From Adineta vaga (Eukaryota; Animalia; Rotifera): a stretch of DNA of 64,000 nucleotides. Position numbers and translations under genes: made by a program. This document shows, piece after piece, positions 37,101 through 47,089 of this stretch. The notes under the pieces are model-generated. The model made no database searches. It had not been told where the DNA came from and was given only the letters and a program-made list of their open reading frames with translations. The stretch is from contig CP075495.1 of NCBI GenBank assembly GCA_021613535.1, positions 15,252,001-15,316,000 on the forward strand, read 5' to 3'. The first letter of the stretch is position 1; every line of letters starts with the position of its first letter.

Positions 37101-37829
37101 TTGGTGGAACGTAAATGGAGGATATCAGTATTGATTTGAATGTTTTAGTTTCAATCTCTACTGCTATCGCTTCATTTCTAGATATTGTTTTGTTTAAACT
37201 TTCTCGACATTTGATGTGTTGCTTGATTGCTAATAGGACTCCTCCACCAGCTTGTCCTACTCTATCATTTCTGAAGATGTTGTAACCCAACAGAGTGAAT
37301 GGTCGATCACTCTTTAGGTTAGTTTCATTCACAGAGATAATATCGTACTTGGAGAATCTGGCTAGAAGTTCATCTTTGTGTTTGGTAATTGAGTTAATGT
37401 TAATGTGGCATAGACTAATCATCGTTGTTGCTTGTTTTAAGATTCTTGTTATCATTTGTCGATGTGTTCAAAAAGCTGTTAGAAGTGCGGGCTCTCTTGG
37501 TCGACTGCGAACCTTTTGTCTGCTGTTTGGCAACTTTTGATGCTTTAGCTGTTGAGGATGGTGTTGGTTTCTTCGAAGTGATAGTCGATGTTGTGGTCGA
37601 ATTATCAGCTTCAGTTTTTTGTCGTGATTTGTTTGCGGTGTATTTAACTGATTGACTTTCTTCATTCGAATCAGAGTCAGAGCCAGTTAACACCTCCATT
37701 TCTACGTCATCGTCATTGCCTCCTAGGCTTTTGATTGTTTTTTCAATCTTTTTGATCTTCTGAAGAAGTGCTTTAAATAGACGATTAGTATTTGCTTCGA
37801 TGAGTGTTTCCATTTTGCTTGTAAGAGCA
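34121..37829 (-). mobile_element. 5'-truncated non-LTR retrotransposon (APE-RT, Jockey/I-group-like) with poly(A) tail
   Basis: T-run at 34121-34139 with minus-strand AATAAA at 34152-34157; ~600-nt 3' UTR; intact ORF2; C-terminal part of ORF1 overlapping the ORF2 start. Confidence 0.95.
34732..37455 (-). CDS. LINE ORF2: AP-like endonuclease + reverse transcriptase, 907 aa, uninterrupted
   Basis: APE motifs ISVNET, GGGVLL, IYVPP, MGDLNA, LDWIL, GHKP. RT motifs GPDNI, YRPIS, QAGFRPG, FDIKAAFDSVWH, GTPQGSPLSP, LFADD, YLGI. No RNase H recognised. Confidence 0.97.
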   Translation of the reverse strand: MITRILKQATTMISLCHININSITKHKDELLARFSKYDIISVNETNLKSDRPFTLLGYNIFRNDRVGQAGGGVLLAIKQHIKCRESLNKTISRNEAIAVEIETKTFKSILISSIYVPPKAKIDINLFYELYNINNNCIIMGDLNATLYNMGSQQANARGRQLQELFKEGYIECVDDDSPTFEKNYYEVKLDWILASRPLLSFISNVETHPTIGTLTGHKPLTFDIPTGVEPKPASPRISFSFKAANWPEFRYKLDQQLMLWNNDRSLSSALDIEEYTSFITNTILVATREAVPQSKQTNTFFTPSEVSKSLIKQKHQTYRKWKKTGDVIDKHLYYNSKVLLTNSLRNHRRNNFNKLMSSLCHKKMYSDKVWVTVRKFHNKRIKQTFTSIMKYSNTTATSEKEKADLFADYFENEVYSLTADTLPFHDQVTSQANKVKNGNITLTNTSKWKLIKVEEVKFHIRQLRNSSTGPDNIHNRCLKNHSKLLVQHITNLFNAILKQGYIPAMWKKANIILLLKPKKDKQHPSSYRPISFLSCLGKLLEKIIKQRLMLELERRNILPQHQAGFRPGKSTIYNIVRLERYAEGQLRRPRRRRHSAVILFDIKAAFDSVWHDGLIYKLNDLRLPKYIINYLISFLSNRTAAIEIENILSRQFNLKSGTPQGSPLSPLLYIIYTADSMNGIPTHTEHGLFADDTALWTSSNTLTSLRSRLQQSINAFESWCKSWKLKLQPTKTELIHFSIHPRKNYKNPVIVKVENNIIKPLDSTRYLGIIIDKRLKWRTHLDHIETKIAPRIGLLRYLSRKAQDPNNKTMINIFKSIVRTVIIYGYPILLTADQKIWDRLQIIQNKAIRAALGLPIYTSVNYIHKITNIPKIKDYAIGLLKKSISTASSNNDITLKNLLQGIFDKV

Positions 37830-37837
37830 TATAGCAT
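37415..37837 (-). CDS. C-terminal remnant of LINE ORF1
   Basis: 140-aa ORF with a coiled-coil-like then K/S/T-rich tail, overlapping ORF2 by 41 nt. Its first ATG lies in the junction sequence shared with the Ly6 exon. Confidence 0.7.
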   Translation of the reverse strand: MLYALTSKMETLIEANTNRLFKALLQKIKKIEKTIKSLGGNDDDVEMEVLTGSDSDSNEESQSVKYTANKSRQKTEADNSTTTSTITSKKPTPSSTAKASKVAKQQTKGSQSTKRARTSNSFLNTSTNDNKNLKTSNNDD

Positions 37838-38253
37838 TGTTACAATTATCTTTATTAGAACAACAATAAAGTGTTGTCAGTGAACCAGTATCTCGAGTTG
37901 TATCACAAACGGCACTTGAACCTTCTCGAATAACAGTACCCGATGGAAAATAACCCACATCTGCCCAATACATTGTTTTCTAATCAATGAAGAAAAAAAA
38001 TCATAAGAAAATCACATAAAAATATGACTTACACGACATGACTTGAAACCTGATTGAGATAGAGTACTTGTTGTCGATAGATCTCCTTTGTAAGGATCAT
38101 AACAATTAATATTGGTAGTACTTGAACATATAATACAATTTAATTCATATGTCATGGAGATCATGACTAAATATACAATATACATAAATAATGTTTTGCA
38201 AATACGACAGACTTACTTAAAATAATCAAACATGACCAAAGAATAATATTCAT
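37785..38253 (-). CDS. Ly6/three-finger copy 3, chimeric: GPI tail replaced by LINE-derived residues
   Basis: Exons 1-2 and the Cys core are intact; reads CCSNKDNCNNAI then CSYKQNGNTHRSKY* from LINE sequence. Confidence 0.7.
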
Positions 38254-39310
38254 TTTGTTATATCTTTTAGTCAAATCTAAGTAATCAGATTCAACGAAAT
38301 CCTAGAACGTACTATATTTAATTCTTACGTTTAATCGAATAATTTTGAAAAGAAAAAAAAATTTAAAATCAACTACTTTACATATTTTTCTTTCTTTGAA
38401 AATATTGATTTTATTAAAGCAAATGATAACATCTCAATATGGTAAATATGATAATTAATAGATACAATATAGATGCATTTTATATGGAGTAAATCAATAC
38501 ATAATACATCATTAGAAAAATATTTATTAAAATATAATATTTGAATAGAAGTTCGTTGAAATATTCAAATCATTTTTCTTTTTCTCTTGGTTTGTTCCAT
38601 AAAAAGCAAGAAAATATCAGCACGAATATAGGACTATATCATATAATCTATTTCTTCATAAGTTTGGTAGAAACCACTGAATCTTAACCCGCATATGCCG
38701 AAAACAGAGTGAAATAAAATCATGCCTAATTTTTGCCATAGTAATGCACGAAAATGGTTTAGAACAGCTTTTCAGCGCAGGCCCTCTAAGACTAAAATGT
38801 GAAACTAGCATAATCTATTTGTAATAATAGCCTCCATGTAATGGAGGGGAGAGCGAGAAGATCAGACCAAATTTTTCGACTTAAAACTTACACTCACTTA
38901 TTTTTCTCCGAAAAATATACGTAAGTTCCATGAAATCAAAATGCATATAGACAAATGGATTATACATCAATCTCACTTATTCTTATCTTGGTAATTTCAT
39001 ATGATAAGAATATTTTGAGTGATTTATCAATTATAATCGATTGATTACATGGTTTAATCTGTCGGCATATATAGATAGATTCAAGTGGAGTAAATAATGG
39101 TCTCTCGTATATTCCGAAAGTTCTCACAAAAGAATTATATAGACAGATAATATTTAGATTTATGATATCTTCGATATAAGCCTTATATTATATATTATTT
39201 TAGCTAATAGGATTTTGATAAGATATGTAATGAAAGAATGATCCAAACAAAATCTGAAGCCTTATTCTTCCTATAAAAGCACAGCAATACATGCTGAAAG
39301 AATTAATAAA

Positions 39311-40069
39311 ATGACAAAGGTTTCCTTTTTCGTCTCAATAAGTATTTGGTGTCTGTTTTGTCAATTTGCACAGGCAAATGAACAATGTCCAGCAGGTTTT
39401 CAATGTGCAAAATCAATGAAAGCATCATCAATTAAATCCAACGACGAATATGAACTGATACTAATTCCTTGTCCGCCAGGTACAGCTAGTGAACTTGGAC
39501 AATATGGTTGTGCACCATGTGAACTAGGTTATTACGCCAATGCCAGTGGTACTGCTTCATGTTCTGTCTGCCCTATAGGTGCCATGTGTGCAGATGCCGC
39601 GAAAAGTCCAGCACCTTGCCCACTAGGAACGTATGTATCTTGTACTGGTCAAACGTTTTGCAGTCCCTGTGCACTTGGCACATACACAACTAATGCTGGA
39701 TCGACTCACTGTATTGACTGTCCTGTAGGTGCCATGTGTCCAGATGCCGCGAAAAGTCCAGCACCTTGCCCACTAGGAACGTATGCATCTTGTACTGGTC
39801 AAGCTCACTGTAGTCCCTGTGCACTTGGCACATACACAACTAATGCTGGATCGACTCACTGTATCGACTGTCCTGTAGGTGCCATGTGTCCGGATGCCAC
39901 GAAAAGTCCAACACCTTGCCCACGAGGAACGTATGCATCTTGTACTGGTCAAGCTTGCTGCAGTCCCTGTGCACTTGGCACATACACACCTAATGCTGGA
40001 TCGATACACTGTATCAAATGTCCTCCAGGTGTGCAATGCCCCAAGAGTCCAACAACCGCTTGTGGTTAG
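39311..40069 (+). CDS. Secreted Cys-rich repeat protein, copy B, 252 aa
   Basis: Same as 26671-27279 plus one in-frame 50-aa unit. Confidence 0.85.
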   Translation: MTKVSFFVSISIWCLFCQFAQANEQCPAGFQCAKSMKASSIKSNDEYELILIPCPPGTASELGQYGCAPCELGYYANASGTASCSVCPIGAMCADAAKSPAPCPLGTYVSCTGQTFCSPCALGTYTTNAGSTHCIDCPVGAMCPDAAKSPAPCPLGTYASCTGQAHCSPCALGTYTTNAGSTHCIDCPVGAMCPDATKSPTPCPRGTYASCTGQACCSPCALGTYTPNAGSIHCIKCPPGVQCPKSPTTACG

Positions 40070-40355
40070 TTACTTTTCAGAGTCTGATATTCTTTCGATC
40101 ATTTATCTACACTCAAACATATTACTATATTGAAAAACACGATCTATATGGAATAATTTGGTTAGACTAAGTATCTATTTTTGACAATTAATCGGAACAT
40201 CTCGTTAGAACATTCCAAGTACTTATAATTAGTTACAATATTGTCAATTGAGCTTAAGTCTGAACCTGTATTGAATGCTCTTGACTTTCTCGAGACTAAT
40301 TACATTAATCACCTAATATTTATTGAGATTTAACTACTGTCACGAGTAAAATATA

Positions 40356-40913
40356 ATGAACTATTTGATTAAGTGTATGTATTTATTTATAGATGGTGAT
40401 CTTCTATCTACTAAACACCGGAACATTCTCTCTGAATTTGCTGGGAAAAAGGATCTGAAATGGATACTTCTTTACAAGGCTACACGAGACGGTTTTGGAG
40501 GGGCAGATTTTCACCGTCTCTGTGATGGTCATGCACAAACGATGAGTATTATCCAATCGAAGCAACGCTTTTTATTTGGTGGATATGCCAATCGTGCTTG
40601 GAATTCATCATCTAGCTGGATTAATGATCCACGTGCCTTCATTTTTACTTTGACAAATCCAAATAATATTCTTCCAACTCGCTACCTGATACAAGGTGGA
40701 AAGGAACAACATGCGTACATCGTTAACCCGCTATATGGTCCAATATTTGGTGCTGGTCTTGATATAAGTGTAGTAGATAAAAGCAATGTAACTGATTGCA
40801 CTATAAACTTCCCAAGCACCTACACTGATACAACAGGAAAAGGTAAAGCCACGTTTACAGGCAATTCTACATTTCAAACAAGTGAAATCGAAGTTTATAA
40901 ATTACTTGATTGA
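40356..40913 (+). CDS. TLDc-domain protein, copy B
   Basis: Translation identical to 27567-28124. Confidence 0.88.
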   Translation: MNYLIKCMYLFIDGDLLSTKHRNILSEFAGKKDLKWILLYKATRDGFGGADFHRLCDGHAQTMSIIQSKQRFLFGGYANRAWNSSSSWINDPRAFIFTLTNPNNILPTRYLIQGGKEQHAYIVNPLYGPIFGAGLDISVVDKSNVTDCTINFPSTYTDTTGKGKATFTGNSTFQTSEIEVYKLLD

Positions 40914-41123
40914 AAAAAAACAAGAGACAAAATAAACGGTTTTTTGTTCGTTTAAACAATAAAACGTTTTTGTCACTATGAGAACTAAAATAAACAAGAC
41001 GATTTTGTTCCTAGTCCCCTTAGTTTTTGACTAAATGTTTATGAATCACCAATATCATCATAATGCGATCGCTTTTTAGGTTAATTTACTTTCTTAGTTC
41101 GACAACTACTATAAAATCTTTAT

Positions 41124-44100
41124 TTATAAACCTGGATCCATTAAGAAACGAAAGAGTTCATCATTATCCTCTACATAGCTCAGTTCTGAATTGGTAGATA
41201 TTGCATTAGTAAATAATTCGGATGCATATTGTCGCTTTCGAGAAAATCGTGCAGAAGGATTTTCATCTAAAGAAAACATATTCTATTTATATAAGGAAAT
41301 CAAAGAAATAAAATAAAACAAACCTTCATCTTTTGCTTGATTTTCTTCTTCAATTGTTAAATTATCTTGATCATTATGAATGAGAAATGAATCATGTTCA
41401 CGATATGAAACAATTGTATCACTATGATTTTGAAGTAAATGTCGTAACATTTTATCTTGAATACCATTCGTATTAGCTCTATCCATTGGATCATCTTCAA
41501 CATCAAAATCAAATTGATAAAGTTGAGCAAGTTCATCATAGGTAAAATGACGAGCAAGTTGTTTAGCATCAACAACACCTACAGAAACATTAACATAAAT
41601 ATACGATAGTCAGAAGAAAAAAAGTAGAAACTAACGATGAAACATTGCTTGTTTAGTAATTTGTCGTTTATAAATTTTCTCTTCCATTGTTCCTTTAACC
41701 ATTAATCGATAAATATATACAGGTTTTGTTTGACCAAGTCGATATGAACGAAACATTGCTTGAAGATCATGAGCTAAAAAGAAAAATCAAAATCATCTAT
41801 ATCATACGGATAACAAACGAACCTGGATTCCAACTAGTATCCAAAATAATGACACGATTAGCCGAAAAAAGATTCACACCTAAACCACCGGCAAGTGTAG
41901 AAATTAAATATAAACGACTACGAGAATTATTTGTATCATTGAATAATTTCATATCAGCTGCTCGTTTTTTTATTGAAACAGAACCTACAAAATGAAATCA
42001 ATGTTTATTTTCTTTTTCTTCTTACATAAAACAATCGAAATCGTACATACCATCCATTCGAAAGTAATCTACACCTTTTTTCCATTGAGATTCCGGATGT
42101 TGTGCACTCCAATACGCAAGACATTGTTCAAAATAGTCAAGAGTCATTAAATGTCGAGTAAAAACAAGTAATTTATCACCAATTGATTCACATTCATCCA
42201 AAATTGCTTTGAATATATCAAATTTTCCTGATAGTTCAAACTAAAAATATATTAACAAACGAAAGACAAATGTGTTTTTTTTTCTTCAATAAAGAAAAAC
42301 AAATGAAATTTACATCGAATTGTGAACCATGTGGATCAAATATATTAAACCACCATTGTTCTTTCATTGCTTTCAAAATCTTTTCTTCTGGGCTAGCAAT
42401 TGACATATTAGGTGTTGGTAATACATCTCGAATTCTTTCCGTATCATTATCAAATTCATCTTTAATCATCGCATCTATTACAGTTTGATCATCATCTTTC
42501 AATTTTTTATTATAATAATCAATAAAATAGGGTTGAAGAAGCCATGGATGCTAAAAAATCAAAAACATCATAAGATTGAAATTATGAATAAAAGAAACGA
42601 ACCGTCCAAATTTTCATTAAATATTGATAATCTGCAAACAATTTCGTTACATCTATACGAAACAATATCGAATGAATTAGGAATATTCGATTGTATTTTC
42701 GAAAATACTTACTGAGCTTTGCAGTAAGATTTTGATATTGAATATAAGTTTCATAAAGTTTTCGTTGTAATGGTCGACATTTGATTTTTATTGCTAAAGA
42801 GATAAAAGATTAGATGTAGAAAACAAAAGAATGAAAACAAAAGAATACCATATTCGAATTTTTGTGGTAAAAATGAACGTAAAACTTCAAAACCTTGACG
42901 ATCGATCAAAGGTTCTAAACGTCGACGAAGTGCATAGATACGACGACGCATATAATCAACATCTTCTTTCGAACTATCTCGATGTTGTCCAGCTTCAATT
43001 GGCTTACGAAATCGATCGGAAAAAAGTGATTCTGTTCCTAAAATTAAAAAAAAAATTTTTCACCAAGAAATATTCGTTAAACAACATGAAACTAACCGAG
43101 AAAATTCGGTTTACAAAAATGAACCATAGCATAATATTCTTTCAGATTATTTTGCATCGGTGTGCCTGTTAGAATAATACGGCGACGGGTACGAATTTGA
43201 TTTAATGCACAAGCAATTCCACTTTTGAGATTTTTACTGCAAAGAATAAAATACATTGAATTCAATTGATTCATTTAATAGTTAGAGAACTTACATCATA
43301 TGACCTTCATCACAAACGATTAGATCAGGACCAGGATTTCGTAGATATTGACCTGAAATCATCGAGATGTAATAAATAGATTGAAATCACTAGAAAACAT
43401 CATACGATATTTTTGAATATTAGCTAATTCAGCAGGTGTATGTGTCTTTTTATTCTTCTTTTCAAACAGTCGACGAACATCATATGGACTATCTTCAATT
43501 GTATAAGTTAATAGACGATACATTTCATATCCCATTAAAAGAATACCACCATTTTCATGCCACTATTAAATAATATCAATAGAATTTTATTGAATGATGC
43601 TCAGATCGAAAGATATGTGTATACTCACATGACGAAGAAATTGTTCACGATCATTTGCTCGAACATCATCAGTACTGAATAAATAGATATTGATCGTTGG
43701 ATGAAGATCGTGTAACCATTGATGAAATTCATTTTTCCAACTAAATATAGCAAATAATTATCATACACTTTATTTTAGATTAATTTTACTTGATTGTCGT
43801 ATTGATTGGACATAAAATAAGTACTCGTTTAATATGTGTTAAATTCGCATGTCGAAAAAGTGTGTGAAGAAATACAATTGTTGTAAACGTCTTTCCTAAA
43901 CCCATACAATGTGCAAGAATAGCACCTGAACCTCCTTGATCTTCTTGATTTCTATTATTGATACCAGCTGAAATGTTTTCTATTGATTGAAATACTTGCT
44001 TCCATAAGAATTTGACACCTTCAACTATATTTATCAAAGATAATTGTTTGAAAGAGATTCTAATTATAATTTCTTACTTTGATGAGGTTTCATATCGATA

Positions 44101-44798
44101 ACGAGATGTAGTGAAACATCAATAATAGGATTTTGTGTTTCAGGATCCTTTTCAAGTACTAATTCAAATTCGATATCTTGTCGTTGATGAAATGCTTCAA
44201 TTAATTCACCATTATATAATCGTTGTTTTCGGTCACGTTCATTTAGATCTCTATCTTCATCTGTTGATTTAGGGCACAAGATAAACTCGAGTGTTTCGTT
44301 ATTACATTTTTGGATTGTTTCATTACCATTTTCGTTGGGAATTTCTTCTAAAGAATAAAAAGAATTTAAGTAAATAATATAGAAGAAGAAGAATCGTACG
44401 TTCAGGAGTATTTTCCAATTGTTCACTCTCTATTTCTATTGTTTGAGAATCAGAAGAATCTATTCGAATCCTTTTATTGTTAGGAGAACATAAAGTTTGT
44501 TCGAAGTTAGTCATATCATGCCAAGATAGAGTTAGATTGGGAGAGATTACTCGTTTAACTGGGAAACTTCTATTGGATGTCATCGATTGTTTTGATGGGA
44601 AATATTTTTCTGATCTAGGATTGAAATTTCAATCGAAAAGTTCGTATCGATACGTATTTAAAAAATCGCTTACGAAAGAATTGATTGAGTAGGTGTATAA
44701 ATATCTTGATTGAATTGTTGACTATCCGTTGAATAGTATAGATCAGAGGTTAGCTGACAAACAGTATTACCATATTCACTCAATTGTTGCTCACACAT
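41124..44798 (-). CDS. SNF2-family helicase/ATPase, ATRX/ARIP4 (RAD54L2)-like, multi-exon
   Basis: [11 protein letters not shown] (motif I), [11 protein letters not shown] (II), [10 protein letters not shown] (III), [35 protein letters not shown]. In-frame splicing from an ATG at 44798. Confidence 0.9.
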
Positions 44799-45944
44799 TA
44801 ATAAATATGTTTTCTGCAAAACAGAAATAACTTTTGATTAAATATCAAATTATTTTTGAAGAATTCTTAGCCATTTCAAGACCGGCTTATTTTGAGAAAA
44901 AAATTACAAATTACAAATTTTCTAATGATTCAAAGATAATATATAGGGTAGTAACACGAGAGAAACATTCCTTATCTGAAAAGTTTTCATATGACGAATA
45001 AGAGGAAACAGGATAAGTCCAACACATACAAAACAGAGTGGAGAAATCCATGAAGCATACATGAGAATAAGAAAAAATAGAAGACACTAATCATTTACTT
45101 CGAAGAGATTCGACAAAAACCCAGATTCTTAAGCATAAGACCACATGAAATCTCAATGACACTGTAAAGTGTCAACAGTCCCGAACGGGGTTCTAGAAAT
45201 TAAGAAGTAAACTATTATTCTGTCGATTAAATACAAGAAATGAGTAAATTGTTTTTTGCTTCTATAGTAGGTAAAGGAAGAAAGAACTTTCGTTGGTACT
45301 TTCCAACATGCTGTGAATTTTTTATTCATTCGGAAGAACACAAACAGAAAAAAAAACCGAAAGAAAATGCGACCTCTTTCAGGCCTCTTTCGTGCGTATT
45401 TTTTGCCCAACGTGAGTCAACACGTGTGATTTTTCATGGCAATTATTTATAACTCAACAATACGTTTTAAAAAAGTATTCCTTCTGAGCGTAGCGATAAG
45501 AAATTCATGAAAGAAAAGAAAAACAATTTATTGACTGATCATTATTTTATTTCGTACGTTATTTTATTCATTATCATTGGTTTATTTTTATGAATAATCG
45601 AACAGGTAAGGAACAATTCAAAACATAACCATACGCTTTATCTATTCGATGCAATTATATTCATCACATGTCCAATGAATATTTTTTGAAATATATAAAC
45701 ATTATGTAATAGAATAATTTTAATTTCAAATCAATGCTTAATACACTGCTAATGAGGAAATAAAATATGATAGGATTTATTCAACTATCTGACACTTTCT
45801 TAGCTTTACATAATGACTCAGTAAAATTTCACAATACCATATGTCATTACTCAATTTCATATTTTCATCTATAAGTTCGTTGAGATTCTTTTGATAAAGT
45901 ATCACATCTATAGTATTATATCGTATAGCATAGAAGAATTTGAA

Positions 45945-47068
45945 ATGGCGAATGCGATGGCTCATAATGATAATAGAGATACGCTACCGCTCGATCGTTC
46001 AGGAATAAGAGTTGATTATAGAACTGTTTCACCACGGTTCTCCTGTCAAGATCCGCAGACATTAGCGGATGGTTTACGTCATTTAGAAGATCATGGATAT
46101 ACAATTATATCAGATGTATTAGACGAAAATGAGATTAATACAGCAAAAAATCTGATTTGGCAACATTTAGAAGGTCTTAAAGCTCCTTATAAAATCAAAC
46201 GAGGACAAATTCAAACATGGAACCAATGGCCAGGAAGACACGAAGCTGGTATTATTGAAGATTTCGGTTCAGGAAACTCACAAGCACAATGGTTTATTCG
46301 TTCAATACCAGCAGTCAAAGATGTTTTTGCAGAAGTTTGGAATACTCGAGATCTACTATGTTCAATGGATGGTATTGGTATCTTTAGACCTTGGCATTTA
46401 AATCCACAAATTCCACGTAAGAATTAGATTTTTCTTTGAATTAGAAAGAAAATTCATCGTCATTTTATTCTATAGAAAGAGATATCGCAACTAATACAAA
46501 TGCATGGAAAACTGTTGGAGCTAATTGGCATGTTGATCAAAGTCCTGTAACAAAACCGAATCGAGTTTGTGTACAAGGTATTATTAATCTTTTACCAGCC
46601 GATGAAACAACTGGTGGATTAATGGTTATACCGAATTCACATAGACGATTTCATGAATTACTTTCTATATGGAAAAAGACTGGTAACAATGCAAAAATTC
46701 CAGTCTATCATGAAATTTTACAAGACGGATATGGTTTATTAATTCATGCACAACCAGGTGATTTATTATTATGGGATTCTCGAACAATTCATTGTAATTC
46801 ACCTTCATTCGTTACTCCTCCACGTCCAATAAATAACAATGAATCTCCAAATCTATTAAGAATGGTTAGTTATATTTGTATGACACCATTAGCATTTGCA
46901 GAAAATCCTGAAGAACTGATTAAGAATCGACTACATGCATTTCATTATCGATTAACTACATCACATTGGCCACATGAATATCAAATTATGGGTGGAGACA
47001 TATCTCGAGGAGAAAATACTATTCAATTAACAGACTATCAGAAAAATCTCATTGTAGGAACTGATTGA
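45945..47068 (+). CDS. PhyH-like Fe(II)/2-oxoglutarate dioxygenase; exons 45945-46416 and 46476-47068
   Basis: WHVDQ (HxD), CVQGIINL, TGGLMVIPNSH, GDLLLWDSRTIH; intron 46417-46475. Confidence 0.88.
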
Positions 47069-47089
47069 TAATATGTCATTAAAATGTAA

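Larger units (their letters stand above)
37830..42600 (+). repeat. Segmental duplication copy B
   Basis: Near-identical to 25190-30107; has one extra 150-bp Cys repeat and lacks the MITE. Confidence 0.97.
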
